32,000 nt of DNA from Copranaerobaculum intestinale (GTDB lineage: Bacteria; Bacillota_I; Bacilli_A; Erysipelotrichales; Erysipelotrichaceae): assembly GCF_009831105.1 (NCBI RefSeq), contig NZ_WUUQ01000001.1, positions 660,001-692,000 of the forward strand. The letters run 5' to 3'. The number at the start of each line of letters is the position of its first letter. The stretch's first letter is position 1. This document shows, piece by piece, positions 8,520 through 15,863 of this stretch. Made by a program: the position numbers and the translations under genes. Under the pieces are notes generated by a model. That model was not told the DNA's origin and made no database searches. It saw nothing but the letters and a program-made list of their open reading frames with translations.

Positions 8520-9094
8520 AAACACTTGTGGATGTGAAACAGTTAATTGAAGCATATCATCCTTGGGATGAACAGGAGGAACAGGACCGTAAAGTCATTT
8601 TGAAATATCTGGATATATTTGATGATATGCTGTTGCGAAAGAATGAGCTGATTCATCTGACTGCTTCCGGCTGGATTTTCAATTCCTCTCATGATAAGGT
8701 GCTGATGGTCTATCATAATATTTATGATTCCTGGGGATGGACCGGAGGGCATGCAGATGGCGATGCAGATTTATTACATGTTGCTTTGAAAGAAGCACAG
8801 GAAGAAACCGGTATACAATCATGTAAGGTTTTAAGTAAAGAGATACTGGCCTTGGATATTCTGCCGGTATGGCGTCATATCAAGCGAGGCAATCCGATAT
8901 CTTCGCATCAGCATGCCAATATTACTTATCTTTTAGAAGCGGATGAACATGAAAAACTAATTATGAAGCCGGATGAAAATCAAGGCGTTAAGTGGATTCC
9001 TATCGAAGAAATTAATCAATATGTGAGCGAACCGGATATGCTGCCGATTTATGAAAAACTAAATGAAAAAGCGATGCGTTTATTAAAACAGTAA
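8516..9094 (+). CDS. NUDIX hydrolase
   Basis: Nudix box GGHADGDADLLHVALKEAQEETGI. Its start overlaps the mutY stop by 4 nt (ATGA). Confidence 0.85.
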   Translation: MKTLVDVKQLIEAYHPWDEQEEQDRKVILKYLDIFDDMLLRKNELIHLTASGWIFNSSHDKVLMVYHNIYDSWGWTGGHADGDADLLHVALKEAQEETGIQSCKVLSKEILALDILPVWRHIKRGNPISSHQHANITYLLEADEHEKLIMKPDENQGVKWIPIEEINQYVSEPDMLPIYEKLNEKAMRLLKQ

Positions 9095-9113
9095 AAGAAA
9101 GCAGGGAAGAAAC

Positions 9114-10229
9114 ATGCAAAATTATGAAGTTCCAGAGATTGATGAAATACAGCTTTCTAAAATAGAAGATGTGAATATATCGGCAGCGGGGTTTATCGGA
9201 TATGCGAGTCGGGGGCCGATAGAAGGGCAGCCGACCCGCCTTACTTCGATTTCTCAATTTACCAGAATATACGGAGAACCCTTGGGAACTGATTTTGAAT
9301 ATCGTTTTTTGTATTATGCAGTGGAGATGTTTTTCTATAACGGCGGTGATGTTTGTTACGTCATGCGTGTGGAAGGAGAACCAAATCCCGATACATTTTT
9401 AGGTACATACAAACCGGATGGACACAGTACCGGTCTGGCTGCTTTTCAGGATATTGAGGAAGTCACGCAGCTGACTATGCCGGGAGTCACGATACCAACT
9501 GTCTTAGATGGACTGATCTCCTATTGTGAAAAAAGAAATTGCTTCGCGATCATTGATGCTCCCGTTGATATGAAAACTGCTGCGGCTCTGCTGACGTATC
9601 GTAATCATTTTGATTCTTCTAATGCAGCGATTTATCATCCTTGGCTGTTGATGTTTGACCATTTACTGAAAAAGTATAATTATATGCCGCCAAGTGGAGC
9701 GATTGCCGGTATATATGCACTTACGGATAATACGCGCGGATTTTATAAGGCTCCTGCTAATGAAACAATACGCAGCTGTACAGATCTATCCGTTTCCTTT
9801 AACGCAGCAGATCAAGATAAACTGAACCCGAAAGGGATTAATTTAATTCGCGCTTTTCCAAGACGAGGCTGTTTGGTCTGGGGTGCCCGTACGATGTCAT
9901 CACAAAGCGATTTTAAATACATAAATATTCAGCGGCTTTTGATTTATTTACAAAAGGTTATCCAAAAATTCACCAAATGGGCGCTTCATTTACCAAATGA
10001 TGAACAACTTTGGCAGAGATTGACCTCCACTATTCAATTAATTTTGACAGAGGTATGGCGTAATGGGGCGCTGACAGGCGCCAGTCCGGGCGAAGCATTT
10101 TACGTCATGATCGGTCGATCTACTATGACTGATGATGATATTCAAAACGGCCGCATTGTGATTCAGATTGGAGTGGCACCAATGCGCCCGGGAGAATTCA
10201 TTATTTTCCAAATTACGCTTCAGCAATAA
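9114..10229 (+). CDS. Phage tail sheath family protein (solitary, compact 371-aa form)
   Basis: The C-terminal half shows the characteristic sheath pattern: KAPANE..., GINLIRAFPRRGCLVWGARTMSS, FKYINIQRLLIYLQKVI, WRNGALTGASPGEAFYV, IQIGVAPMRPGEFIIFQI. It starts only 19 nt after the NUDIX gene, with no terminator between them. Confidence 0.8.
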   Translation: MQNYEVPEIDEIQLSKIEDVNISAAGFIGYASRGPIEGQPTRLTSISQFTRIYGEPLGTDFEYRFLYYAVEMFFYNGGDVCYVMRVEGEPNPDTFLGTYKPDGHSTGLAAFQDIEEVTQLTMPGVTIPTVLDGLISYCEKRNCFAIIDAPVDMKTAAALLTYRNHFDSSNAAIYHPWLLMFDHLLKKYNYMPPSGAIAGIYALTDNTRGFYKAPANETIRSCTDLSVSFNAADQDKLNPKGINLIRAFPRRGCLVWGARTMSSQSDFKYINIQRLLIYLQKVIQKFTKWALHLPNDEQLWQRLTSTIQLILTEVWRNGALTGASPGEAFYVMIGRSTMTDDDIQNGRIVIQIGVAPMRPGEFIIFQITLQQ

Positions 10230-10265
10230 TTACTTGCCGTATATTCACTCATATTTATATTTATC

Positions 10266-10302
10266 AAGCAGTTGTCAGTCTGGCAGCTGCTTTTGCTTGT
10301 TT
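10266..10302 (+). terminator. Intrinsic terminator after the sheath-like gene
   Basis: AAGCAGTTG-tcagtctgg-CAGCTGCTT forms a 9-bp stem with one G-T pair, followed by TTGCTTGTTT. Confidence 0.7.
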
Positions 10303-10377
10303 ACCAATCAATTAGGCTATATGCCCATACTAATTTCCCATCATCACATAGTTTATAAAGAATATGGGGGTATCTTC

Positions 10378-11100
10378 ATGGAGGTAAAAATTCTGAAGTT
10401 CGGTGGTACCTCTCTGCGGAATGAAGCAACCAGAAAATATGTTTATAAACATATCTTTCATGATGTAGAGAGTTTTAAATTAATTGTTGTGGTCTCCGCA
10501 ATGGGACGATATCCTGATGCTTATGCCACCGATACATTATTATCAATGGGCAGTGATAAATTGAGCAGTTCAGAACGGGCAAGTCTGGTTTCAATGGGAG
10601 AACAGCTGTCCGCTTTACGCGTTTGCAGTGAGCTTTTGGAGATGGGAGTTAAGGCTTATGCATTGCCGTTTCAGGAATGCGGGATAGTAACGGATAACAA
10701 TTATGACTATGCGAAAGTAATCAAATTGGATAATAAAGAAATAAAATCGAAACTGGATGAATATGATGTTATTGTAGTCGGTGGATTTATCGGTATCAAT
10801 GCCAGCAAGGAAGTGACAACGTTAGGACGCGGGGGCAGTGATTACAGTGCTGTTTTATTCGCGAAAATGATGGGACTGAGCAGTGTTTCTATTTATACTG
10901 ATGTAGACGGAGTCTATGATCTGGATCCGAAAATCCATGAATTTGCCGTAAAATATGATGTATTGACTTATGATGAAATGTTGAATATGAAGTCGCGTGT
11001 CCTGCATGAACGGTGTGTTACCTTTGCTAAGGAGAATCATATAACGATCTTTTTGAAAGGTACGTTTTCAAGCAGCAGCGGCACCATGATAGAAGGGTGA
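10378..11100 (+). CDS. Aspartate kinase catalytic (amino-acid kinase) domain only, no ACT regulatory domains
   Basis: KILKFGGTSL, VVVSAMG, TTLGRGGSDYSA and YTDVDGVYDLDP motifs. The product is only 240 aa. A GGGGG RBS lies 6 nt upstream of the ATG at 10378. The longer ORF from 10168 overlaps the sheath gene and a terminator, so it was rejected. Confidence 0.8.
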   Translation: MEVKILKFGGTSLRNEATRKYVYKHIFHDVESFKLIVVVSAMGRYPDAYATDTLLSMGSDKLSSSERASLVSMGEQLSALRVCSELLEMGVKAYALPFQECGIVTDNNYDYAKVIKLDNKEIKSKLDEYDVIVVGGFIGINASKEVTTLGRGGSDYSAVLFAKMMGLSSVSIYTDVDGVYDLDPKIHEFAVKYDVLTYDEMLNMKSRVLHERCVTFAKENHITIFLKGTFSSSSGTMIEG

Positions 11101-11104
11101 AAGA

Positions 11105-12094
11105 ATGAAGAAATGCAGAATCGGCATCATCGGCGAGAATAACCTGCTGACGGGTGCCATTTTAAATCGGTTGAAAAGCTGGCGGTTTCCCGCAGATGTC
11201 ATTCAGATTTACCGCAATGATGATCCGTCTCAATGTGAAGATATCGACTGTGTAGTCGCACAAAATGAAATCTTGTTTATCTGCTGCCGATGTGAAAAGC
11301 ATAAGGAGCTGATTGAAAAGGGTATTGCTGCGGGCTGTATCACGATTGATATGTGGGCGGATACCAATGATGATCAAATTTGTATCGCACCTGCTGTGAA
11401 TGGAAATCGCATTCAGCGAAATACACATTACGTAAAGCTGCCGCAGATGGAATCACTGCAGCTGATTCAAAGCCTGGCAAAGCTCCAGGAGCATTTTCAG
11501 GTTGAGTCAATAACTGTTTCAACATATCAGTCCCTTGCTAAAGCAGATTTTGATGCGTGTCAGGAGCTTAAGGAGCAGATGCAAAATTATTTACATGAGG
11601 AAAGTTTCGATTCCAAATATATGCCGTATCGTGACGCCTTGAATCATCTTCCGGTGCTGTTTAATCCGCTGCCGCAGATCGATTGTTTTACACCGGAGGG
11701 TTTCACGTGCAGTGAAAAACATTTGGACACTGAGTATAAGCAGGTATTTGGGGTCGATGTACCGGTTTATGCAACCTGTGTGTGGATTGCCTCAATGCGC
11801 GGTGCCAGCATGAGCATTCAGGTAAAGCTGAAAGATACATGTACGCGTGAAGATTTGATCGAAATCTTATCGAAAGGTGATTCCTCATTGTTGATTGATG
11901 ATATCGAACATCAGATGTACCCGATACCCTCTGACGTTATCCATGACTATCGCTGCTTTATTGGAAGAGTACGATGCTTTGATGAACATACGATTGGGTT
12001 ATGGAGCGTCTGTGATGAAATTGAGATGTTAAGTGCCAATGGGGTAATGGCAGCTTTTATTTTCGTAAACAATGATTGGCTTCGTGAAGGATAA
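11105..12094 (+). CDS. Aspartate-semialdehyde dehydrogenase homolog, probably catalytically inactive
   Basis: It aligns with the Gram-positive Asd architecture through the anchors VSTYQ, PQID, ATCV and FIGRVR. However, KLPQMES replaces NPNCST, RGAS replaces GHS, and GENNLLTG replaces GATGAVG. Confidence 0.7.
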   Translation: MKKCRIGIIGENNLLTGAILNRLKSWRFPADVIQIYRNDDPSQCEDIDCVVAQNEILFICCRCEKHKELIEKGIAAGCITIDMWADTNDDQICIAPAVNGNRIQRNTHYVKLPQMESLQLIQSLAKLQEHFQVESITVSTYQSLAKADFDACQELKEQMQNYLHEESFDSKYMPYRDALNHLPVLFNPLPQIDCFTPEGFTCSEKHLDTEYKQVFGVDVPVYATCVWIASMRGASMSIQVKLKDTCTREDLIEILSKGDSSLLIDDIEHQMYPIPSDVIHDYRCFIGRVRCFDEHTIGLWSVCDEIEMLSANGVMAAFIFVNNDWLREG

Positions 12095-12105
12095 AATCAA
12101 AAAAA

Positions 12106-12134
12106 TGATAATTTTTCATCTCCCATGGTATAAT
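12106..12134 (+). promoter_or_regulatory. Extended -10 promoter for the HMA-domain gene
   Basis: TGgTATAAT at 12126-12134. A weak -35 (TGATAA) sits 17 nt upstream. Confidence 0.45.
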
Positions 12135-12152
12135 AATACAGAGGTGAGCAAT

Positions 12153-12344
12153 ATGAAAACAATCATTATGGTACAGGATATGAACTGTGCAAATTGCGCA
12201 AAGAAAATTGAAAATGCGTTAAGCGATACAAGAGTTGATTTTGAAGTGAATTTAGATCAGAAAGCAGTCATCGTAAACGGCGGTGCTGATATGGCGAGAG
12301 TTGCTCGTCAGGTGATTACGGAAATTGGTTTTACTGTCATTTAA
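12153..12344 (+). CDS. copZ: Heavy-metal-associated (HMA) domain metallochaperone, CopZ-like
   Basis: 63 aa with an MNCANCAKKIENAL MxCxxC motif. A GAGGTG RBS lies upstream of the ATG at 12153. Confidence 0.75.
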   Translation: MKTIIMVQDMNCANCAKKIENALSDTRVDFEVNLDQKAVIVNGGADMARVARQVITEIGFTVI

Positions 12345-12360
12345 GTGAATATGTAAAAAA

Positions 12361-12400
12361 GCGGCTGGTATGAACGGTAAAAGTTCAACTAGCCTTTTTT
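12361..12400. terminator. Bidirectional hairpin terminator between convergent genes
   Basis: GGCTGGTATGAAC-ggtaaaa-GTTCAACTAGCC, flanked by AAAAAA on the 5' side and TTTTTT on the 3' side. Confidence 0.6.
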
Positions 12401-12590
12401 AGTCTGACTTTGATAATAAAGTGATATTGACAAAGGCAGAAATGCCGACTGCTAATGCGTAAAGATACTGAATCCATGTGTCTTCCTTTATCCAAGCATA
12501 AAGCATCGGAAAGCCCAGCAACACATGAAAGGCATAATTCAATGCGGTAAGAACCGAGAACCAAAGACAAATTATCTGCAGCTTATTCAT
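12399..12590 (-). CDS. Small two-helix membrane protein (DUF378-like)
   Basis: 63 aa with two hydrophobic helices. The pattern LTALNYAF...YALAVGISAF resembles the DUF378 family. The overlapping ORF in the other frame (12385-12570) is less protein-like. Confidence 0.45.
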   Translation of the reverse strand: MNKLQIICLWFSVLTALNYAFHVLLGFPMLYAWIKEDTWIQYLYALAVGISAFVNITLLSKSD

Positions 12591-12686
12591 ACGATCACCC
12601 CTTCTAACTTATGAAATGTTTTCGGGTTTATGCATTTCTGAAATTCGACAAGCATAAATTAAGGTGAATAGGAAGGGAGAATCGAT

Positions 12687-13676
12687 ATGAAAGCGAAGAT
12701 CATAGCAGGTATCGGTGTCCTCGTGCTGGTAATTGCATTGTGTTTTGCATTAAAACCGGCATCTTTCGATAAAAAGTTTGAAAAAACAATGAAAGATATG
12801 GATACTTACTTACTGGAAGGTGATATGGAAATCACCAAGGGAGAAGATGTAAAAACCTATGTAGTGCAGGTCGGCTATCAGAAACAGGATCAAAATGAAT
12901 TTTTCAAGGTGTCGCTGTATGATAAGGCACTGAATCAGGAGCAGATCATTCTGCGCAATGAGGAAGGTGTATTTGTAATAACACCAAGCCTGAATCAAGT
13001 ATTTAAGTTTGAAGGTGATTGGCCGATGAATTCCCCTAAGCCATATTTACTTCAATCCATGGCAGATATTGTAAAAGGGGATGAAGCGAAGATCACCAAG
13101 GAAAAGGATGGTTATTTAATCACATCCAAGGTTGTATATCCAAATAATAAAAACTTCGTTAAGGAAGAAATGATGTTTGATAAAAAGGCTAAGGTTCAGT
13201 GGCTTCAAATATTCAATAAGGATAATAGTCCCGAACTGAAGATTGTCTTTAATAAAGTCCAGTATAATGGTAAGCTTGGCAAGAACTATTTCAAGGCACC
13301 GTCGAAGCTGGAAGCGAAGACATCCTCATCTACTATTACGGATGCGGATCTGCCGTTATATCCAATGGAGATATTTGAAAGCAAGCTGTCCGGAAAATCA
13401 GTCATGGATATTGAGGGAGAATCCCGTCATGTATTGGAATATACAGGAGATAAAAACTTTACCGTAGTTGAGCGAATTGCCAAAGCACCAAATGAAACAC
13501 AGACCGTATTGATGCCAGGCCGTATGGTAGATATGCTGGATCTGGTTGGCTTTTATGACGGTAATCGAATGAGTGTTGTGGAAAATGGCATTGAATATAC
13601 TGTATTCAGCGATGATCTCGGACCGGAGGAAATGATGAGCGTCATCGCCAGCATGCAGGTGGCAGTGATGAAGTGA
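12687..13676 (+). CDS. Membrane-anchored LolA-like/DUF4367 protein (YdcC-like)
   Basis: N-terminal TM or signal anchor (IIAGIGVLVLVIALCF), then a beta-rich soluble domain. It sits upstream of mazF, as I recall for B. subtilis ydcC. A GGAAGGGAG RBS is present. Confidence 0.55.
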   Translation: MKAKIIAGIGVLVLVIALCFALKPASFDKKFEKTMKDMDTYLLEGDMEITKGEDVKTYVVQVGYQKQDQNEFFKVSLYDKALNQEQIILRNEEGVFVITPSLNQVFKFEGDWPMNSPKPYLLQSMADIVKGDEAKITKEKDGYLITSKVVYPNNKNFVKEEMMFDKKAKVQWLQIFNKDNSPELKIVFNKVQYNGKLGKNYFKAPSKLEAKTSSSTITDADLPLYPMEIFESKLSGKSVMDIEGESRHVLEYTGDKNFTVVERIAKAPNETQTVLMPGRMVDMLDLVGFYDGNRMSVVENGIEYTVFSDDLGPEEMMSVIASMQVAVMK

Positions 13677-14008
13677 TGATCCGCAGAGGTGATGTATATT
13701 ATGCGGACCTTTCTCCGGTAGTGGGAAGCGAACAGGGCGGTGTACGTCCGGTAGTGATCATTCAGAATGACAAAGGAAACCGCTACTCTAAAACCGTAAT
13801 CATTGCACCAGTATCAAAAAAAATGTCCAAACCGCCAATTCCCACCCATGTGATATTCAGTGATCAGGCTTTGAGTTATGTATCGATGATTCTTTGCGAG
13901 CAGCTTCGAACGATCGATAAAAAAAGATTGGGACAATGGATTTGCACCCTAAATAAAGAAACACTGGATAAAGTTGATCAGGCGATCAGGATCTCTTTGA
14001 ATATATAG
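13676..14008 (+). CDS. mazF: mRNA interferase toxin MazF/EndoA (PemK family)
   Basis: MIRRGDVYYADLSPVVGSEQGGVRPVVIIQND...LPTHV-like...EQLRTIDKKRL is near-colinear with B. subtilis EndoA. The ATG shares its A with the TGA stop of the upstream gene. An in-frame GTG at 13673 is the alternative start. Confidence 0.92.
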   Translation: MIRRGDVYYADLSPVVGSEQGGVRPVVIIQNDKGNRYSKTVIIAPVSKKMSKPPIPTHVIFSDQALSYVSMILCEQLRTIDKKRLGQWICTLNKETLDKVDQAIRISLNI

Positions 14009-14018
14009 GATAGTGATT

Positions 14019-14049
14019 GACACGGCAGGAAATATGCCGTGTTTTTTAT
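14019..14049 (+). terminator. Intrinsic terminator after mazF
   Basis: GACACGGCA-ggaaata-TGCCGTGT followed by TTTTTT. Confidence 0.8.
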
Positions 14050-14084
14050 CGTTTTTACAGGATTTAAAAAGTAAAACGAAGTAC

Positions 14085-14113
14085 TTGTCAAGGTATGCGA
14101 AACATGATATTAT
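14085..14113 (+). promoter_or_regulatory. Sigma-A promoter for tRNA-Ser
   Basis: TTGTCA (14085-14090), a 17-nt spacer, then TATTAT (14108-14113), about 30 nt before the tRNA 5' end. Confidence 0.6.
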
Positions 14114-14144
14114 ATACAGGCACTAATAGCAAAATAGATCAGAT

Positions 14145-14235
14145 GGAGAAGTACTCAAGTGGCTGAAGAGGTGCCCCTGCTAAGGGTATAGGTCGGGAAA
14201 CTGGCGCGAGGGTTCAAATCCCTCCTTCTCCGCCA
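14145..14235 (+). tRNA. tRNA-Ser (anticodon GCU), class II with long variable arm, encoded CCA
   Basis: Acceptor stem GGAGAAG/CTTCTCC, anticodon loop CTGCTAA, long variable arm, T arm GAGGG-TTCAAAT-CCCTC, and a 3' GCCA. Confidence 0.93.
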
Positions 14236-14312
14236 TCTATTTTATAAAAAAGCTTGTTGAAAATCTCATCTTTCGGCGGCTGAAAACGCCGGGAAAAAAG
14301 TGAAATTTATAC

Positions 14313-14340
14313 TTGATTTTTGTATCTGTTATGATATAAT
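14313..14340 (+). promoter_or_regulatory. Sigma-A promoter for the tRNA-Asp/tRNA-Gly pair
   Basis: TTGATT (14313-14318), a 16-nt spacer, then TGaTATAAT with the hexamer at 14335-14340. Confidence 0.6.
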
Positions 14341-14352
14341 AACCTAGCAATT

Positions 14353-14428
14353 GGTCCAGTGGTGTAGTGGTTAACATGCCTCCCTGTCACGGAGGAGATC
14401 GTGGGTTCAAGTCCCATCTGGACCGCCA
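14353..14428 (+). tRNA. tRNA-Asp (anticodon GUC), encoded CCA
   Basis: Acceptor stem GGTCCAG/CTGGACC, anticodon arm CCTCC-CTGTCAC-GGAGG, and T loop TTCAAGT. Confidence 0.93.
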
Positions 14429-14431
14429 TTT

Positions 14432-14505
14432 GCAGATGTAGTTCAATGGTAGAACACAACCTTGCCAAGGTTGATACGGGGGTCCGATTCCCCTCATCTG
14501 CTCCA
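14432..14505 (+). tRNA. tRNA-Gly (anticodon GCC), encoded CCA, atypical T loop
   Basis: Acceptor stem GCAGATG/CATCTGC, anticodon arm CAACC-TTGCCAA-GGTTG, and T arm GGGGG-TCCGATT-CCCCT, where position 55 reads C. Confidence 0.88.
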
Positions 14506-14514
14506 TATGCGAGT

Positions 14515-14539
14515 AAAGCCCTATTTAAAGGGCTTTTTT
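14515..14539 (+). terminator. Intrinsic terminator after the tRNA cluster
   Basis: AAAGCCC-tatttaaa-GGGCTTT running into TTTTTT. Confidence 0.8.
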
Positions 14540-14804
14540 AATACTTATTTTCAAGTAATAGAAGCTTTTTGACACGGAATTTCTGATATTATGATACAGG
14601 GATTAAGAAGTTAAATATTTATTTTATACTTCTACTCGTGAACTATTTTATAAATTTTCATATAACTCACCTTTTTTCTTTCATAAACGTTGAAAGTAAG
14701 AAATATAGCATTTATAATCTGTCAATTAGGCATGAAAGAGATAGAAAAGCTATCCTTTTCTAAGAAATGAATGTATAATAGGTTAGAATTTAGGAGGCAT
14801 TTAT

Positions 14805-15782
14805 ATGAGCAAAAAAGCAAAAAAAAGATTAATTATCATTTTATCTGTTATCATTGTGCTGCTGGTCGGAGGCATTGCCGGGGCCAATCTATATGTAGAT
14901 TCTATTTTAAATAAGATGGATCAAAAAGAAGAATTTAGTAAAAAAGATGTAAAAGCTAATACACTTGATGATGATACTGAAAATATAGCTTTATTGGGTA
15001 TTGATAAGTCAGATGGGAATGGTACGCGGTCAGATGTTATAAAAATTATTTCACTTAATTTTAATGAGAAGAAAATAAAAATTACATCTGTACAGCGAGA
15101 TAATTTGGTTTTCCTTCCTTTGAAAGGCCGTTATGAGAAATTGAATCATGCATATGCATATAATGGTGTAAAAGGCAGCTTGGCCGCTTTAAACTATAAT
15201 TTTGATATGAATATTACAAAATATGTGAAATTTTCATTTGATTCAGTTGAAAAAATTGTTGATATTTTAGGTGGTGTAGATATAAATCTTACATCAAGCG
15301 AGGCATCCTATATGAATTTAGGGTCTGCGGGAGTCTATCATATGAATGGATCCCAAACCTTAGCATATTCGCGAATAAGAAAAATCGACAGTGATTATGA
15401 GCGTATGCAACGTCAGAATAATGTAATTAATGCAATTGTCGGCTCTATAAAAGGGGAATCGCCTTTAAAATTACTTGATTTTATTAATAAAATTTTACCA
15501 TTTGTTGAAACAAATGTATCAAATGGCACGATTAAAAATTATGCTACAAAATTGCTGTCTTTTGATTTAAGCGATATTCAGCAGTACCAATTTCCATCAG
15601 GCGGATATGATTCTATTTTGAAATCTTTATACCTATATGGATTTGGACCGCATTATGTACTAAAAGACTTTACTGGAGAAGTAGAATTAATGCATAAAAA
15701 CATATATGGCAAAGATTATACAGCCAGTGATAATGTAAAAAAGGTTGATAGGGAAACTAAGGAAATGGCTGGCAATTCGTAG
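14805..15782 (+). CDS. LytR-CpsA-Psr (LCP) family glycopolymer-peptidoglycan ligase
   Basis: N-terminal TM anchor, then IALLGIDKSDGNGTRSDVIKIISLN...ITSVQRDN...LNHAYAYNG...SQTLAYSRIRK...DYERMQRQ, all typical LCP motifs. A GGAGG RBS is present. Confidence 0.9.
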   Translation: MSKKAKKRLIIILSVIIVLLVGGIAGANLYVDSILNKMDQKEEFSKKDVKANTLDDDTENIALLGIDKSDGNGTRSDVIKIISLNFNEKKIKITSVQRDNLVFLPLKGRYEKLNHAYAYNGVKGSLAALNYNFDMNITKYVKFSFDSVEKIVDILGGVDINLTSSEASYMNLGSAGVYHMNGSQTLAYSRIRKIDSDYERMQRQNNVINAIVGSIKGESPLKLLDFINKILPFVETNVSNGTIKNYATKLLSFDLSDIQQYQFPSGGYDSILKSLYLYGFGPHYVLKDFTGEVELMHKNIYGKDYTASDNVKKVDRETKEMAGNS

Positions 15783-15818
15783 TATATGTTAATTTAGTAT
15801 CTTATATAAATGTAAGTT

Positions 15819-15863
15819 CCTTCTCATTGCAGCTTATTGAGCATACAATGAGGAGGTTTTTTT
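15819..15863 (+). terminator. Intrinsic terminator after the LCP gene
   Basis: CCTTCTCATTG-(16-nt loop)-CAATGAGGAGG forms an 11-bp stem with one G-T pair, followed by TTTTTTT. Confidence 0.75.

Noticed and set aside
9114-10229. Reading the sheath gene as part of a prophage or phage-tail-like bacteriocin
   Set aside because: No other phage-like gene is present on either side (mutY and nudix upstream, aspartokinase downstream), and there are no repeats or integrase. It is reported as an orphan homolog instead.
10168-10377. N-terminal 70-aa extension of the aspartokinase ORF
   Set aside because: The extension overlaps the end of the sheath gene and runs through its terminator hairpin. The kinase family starts at MEVKILKFGG, and a good RBS precedes 10378.
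10303-10377. Possible lysine riboswitch (L-box) or T-box leader upstream of the aspartokinase gene
   Set aside because: Only about 75 nt remain between the upstream terminator and the start codon, far too short for an L-box or T-box. No conserved riboswitch core was seen.
12627-12658. 7-bp inverted repeat TTTATGC-n18-GCATAAA in the divergent intergenic region between the small membrane protein gene and the YdcC-like gene
   Set aside because: It could be an operator, but it is a single short AT-rich inverted repeat with no second copy or cognate regulator nearby. The evidence is insufficient to call a site.
14515-14539. The terminators at 1147-1172 and 14515-14539 share the same stem (AAAGCCC...GGGCTTTTTTA), hinting at a repeated element
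   Set aside because: Identity is limited to the 7-bp stem and T-tract. The loops and flanks differ, and a short GC-cored stem followed by a T-run is what any intrinsic terminator looks like.
14732-14770. Mini-ORF (MKEIEKLSFSKK) and an AGAAAAG/CTTTTCT hairpin in the leader of the LCP gene, as a possible attenuator
   Set aside because: There is no RBS, no terminator or antiterminator alternative and no conservation evidence. AT-rich intergenic DNA produces such ORFs by chance.
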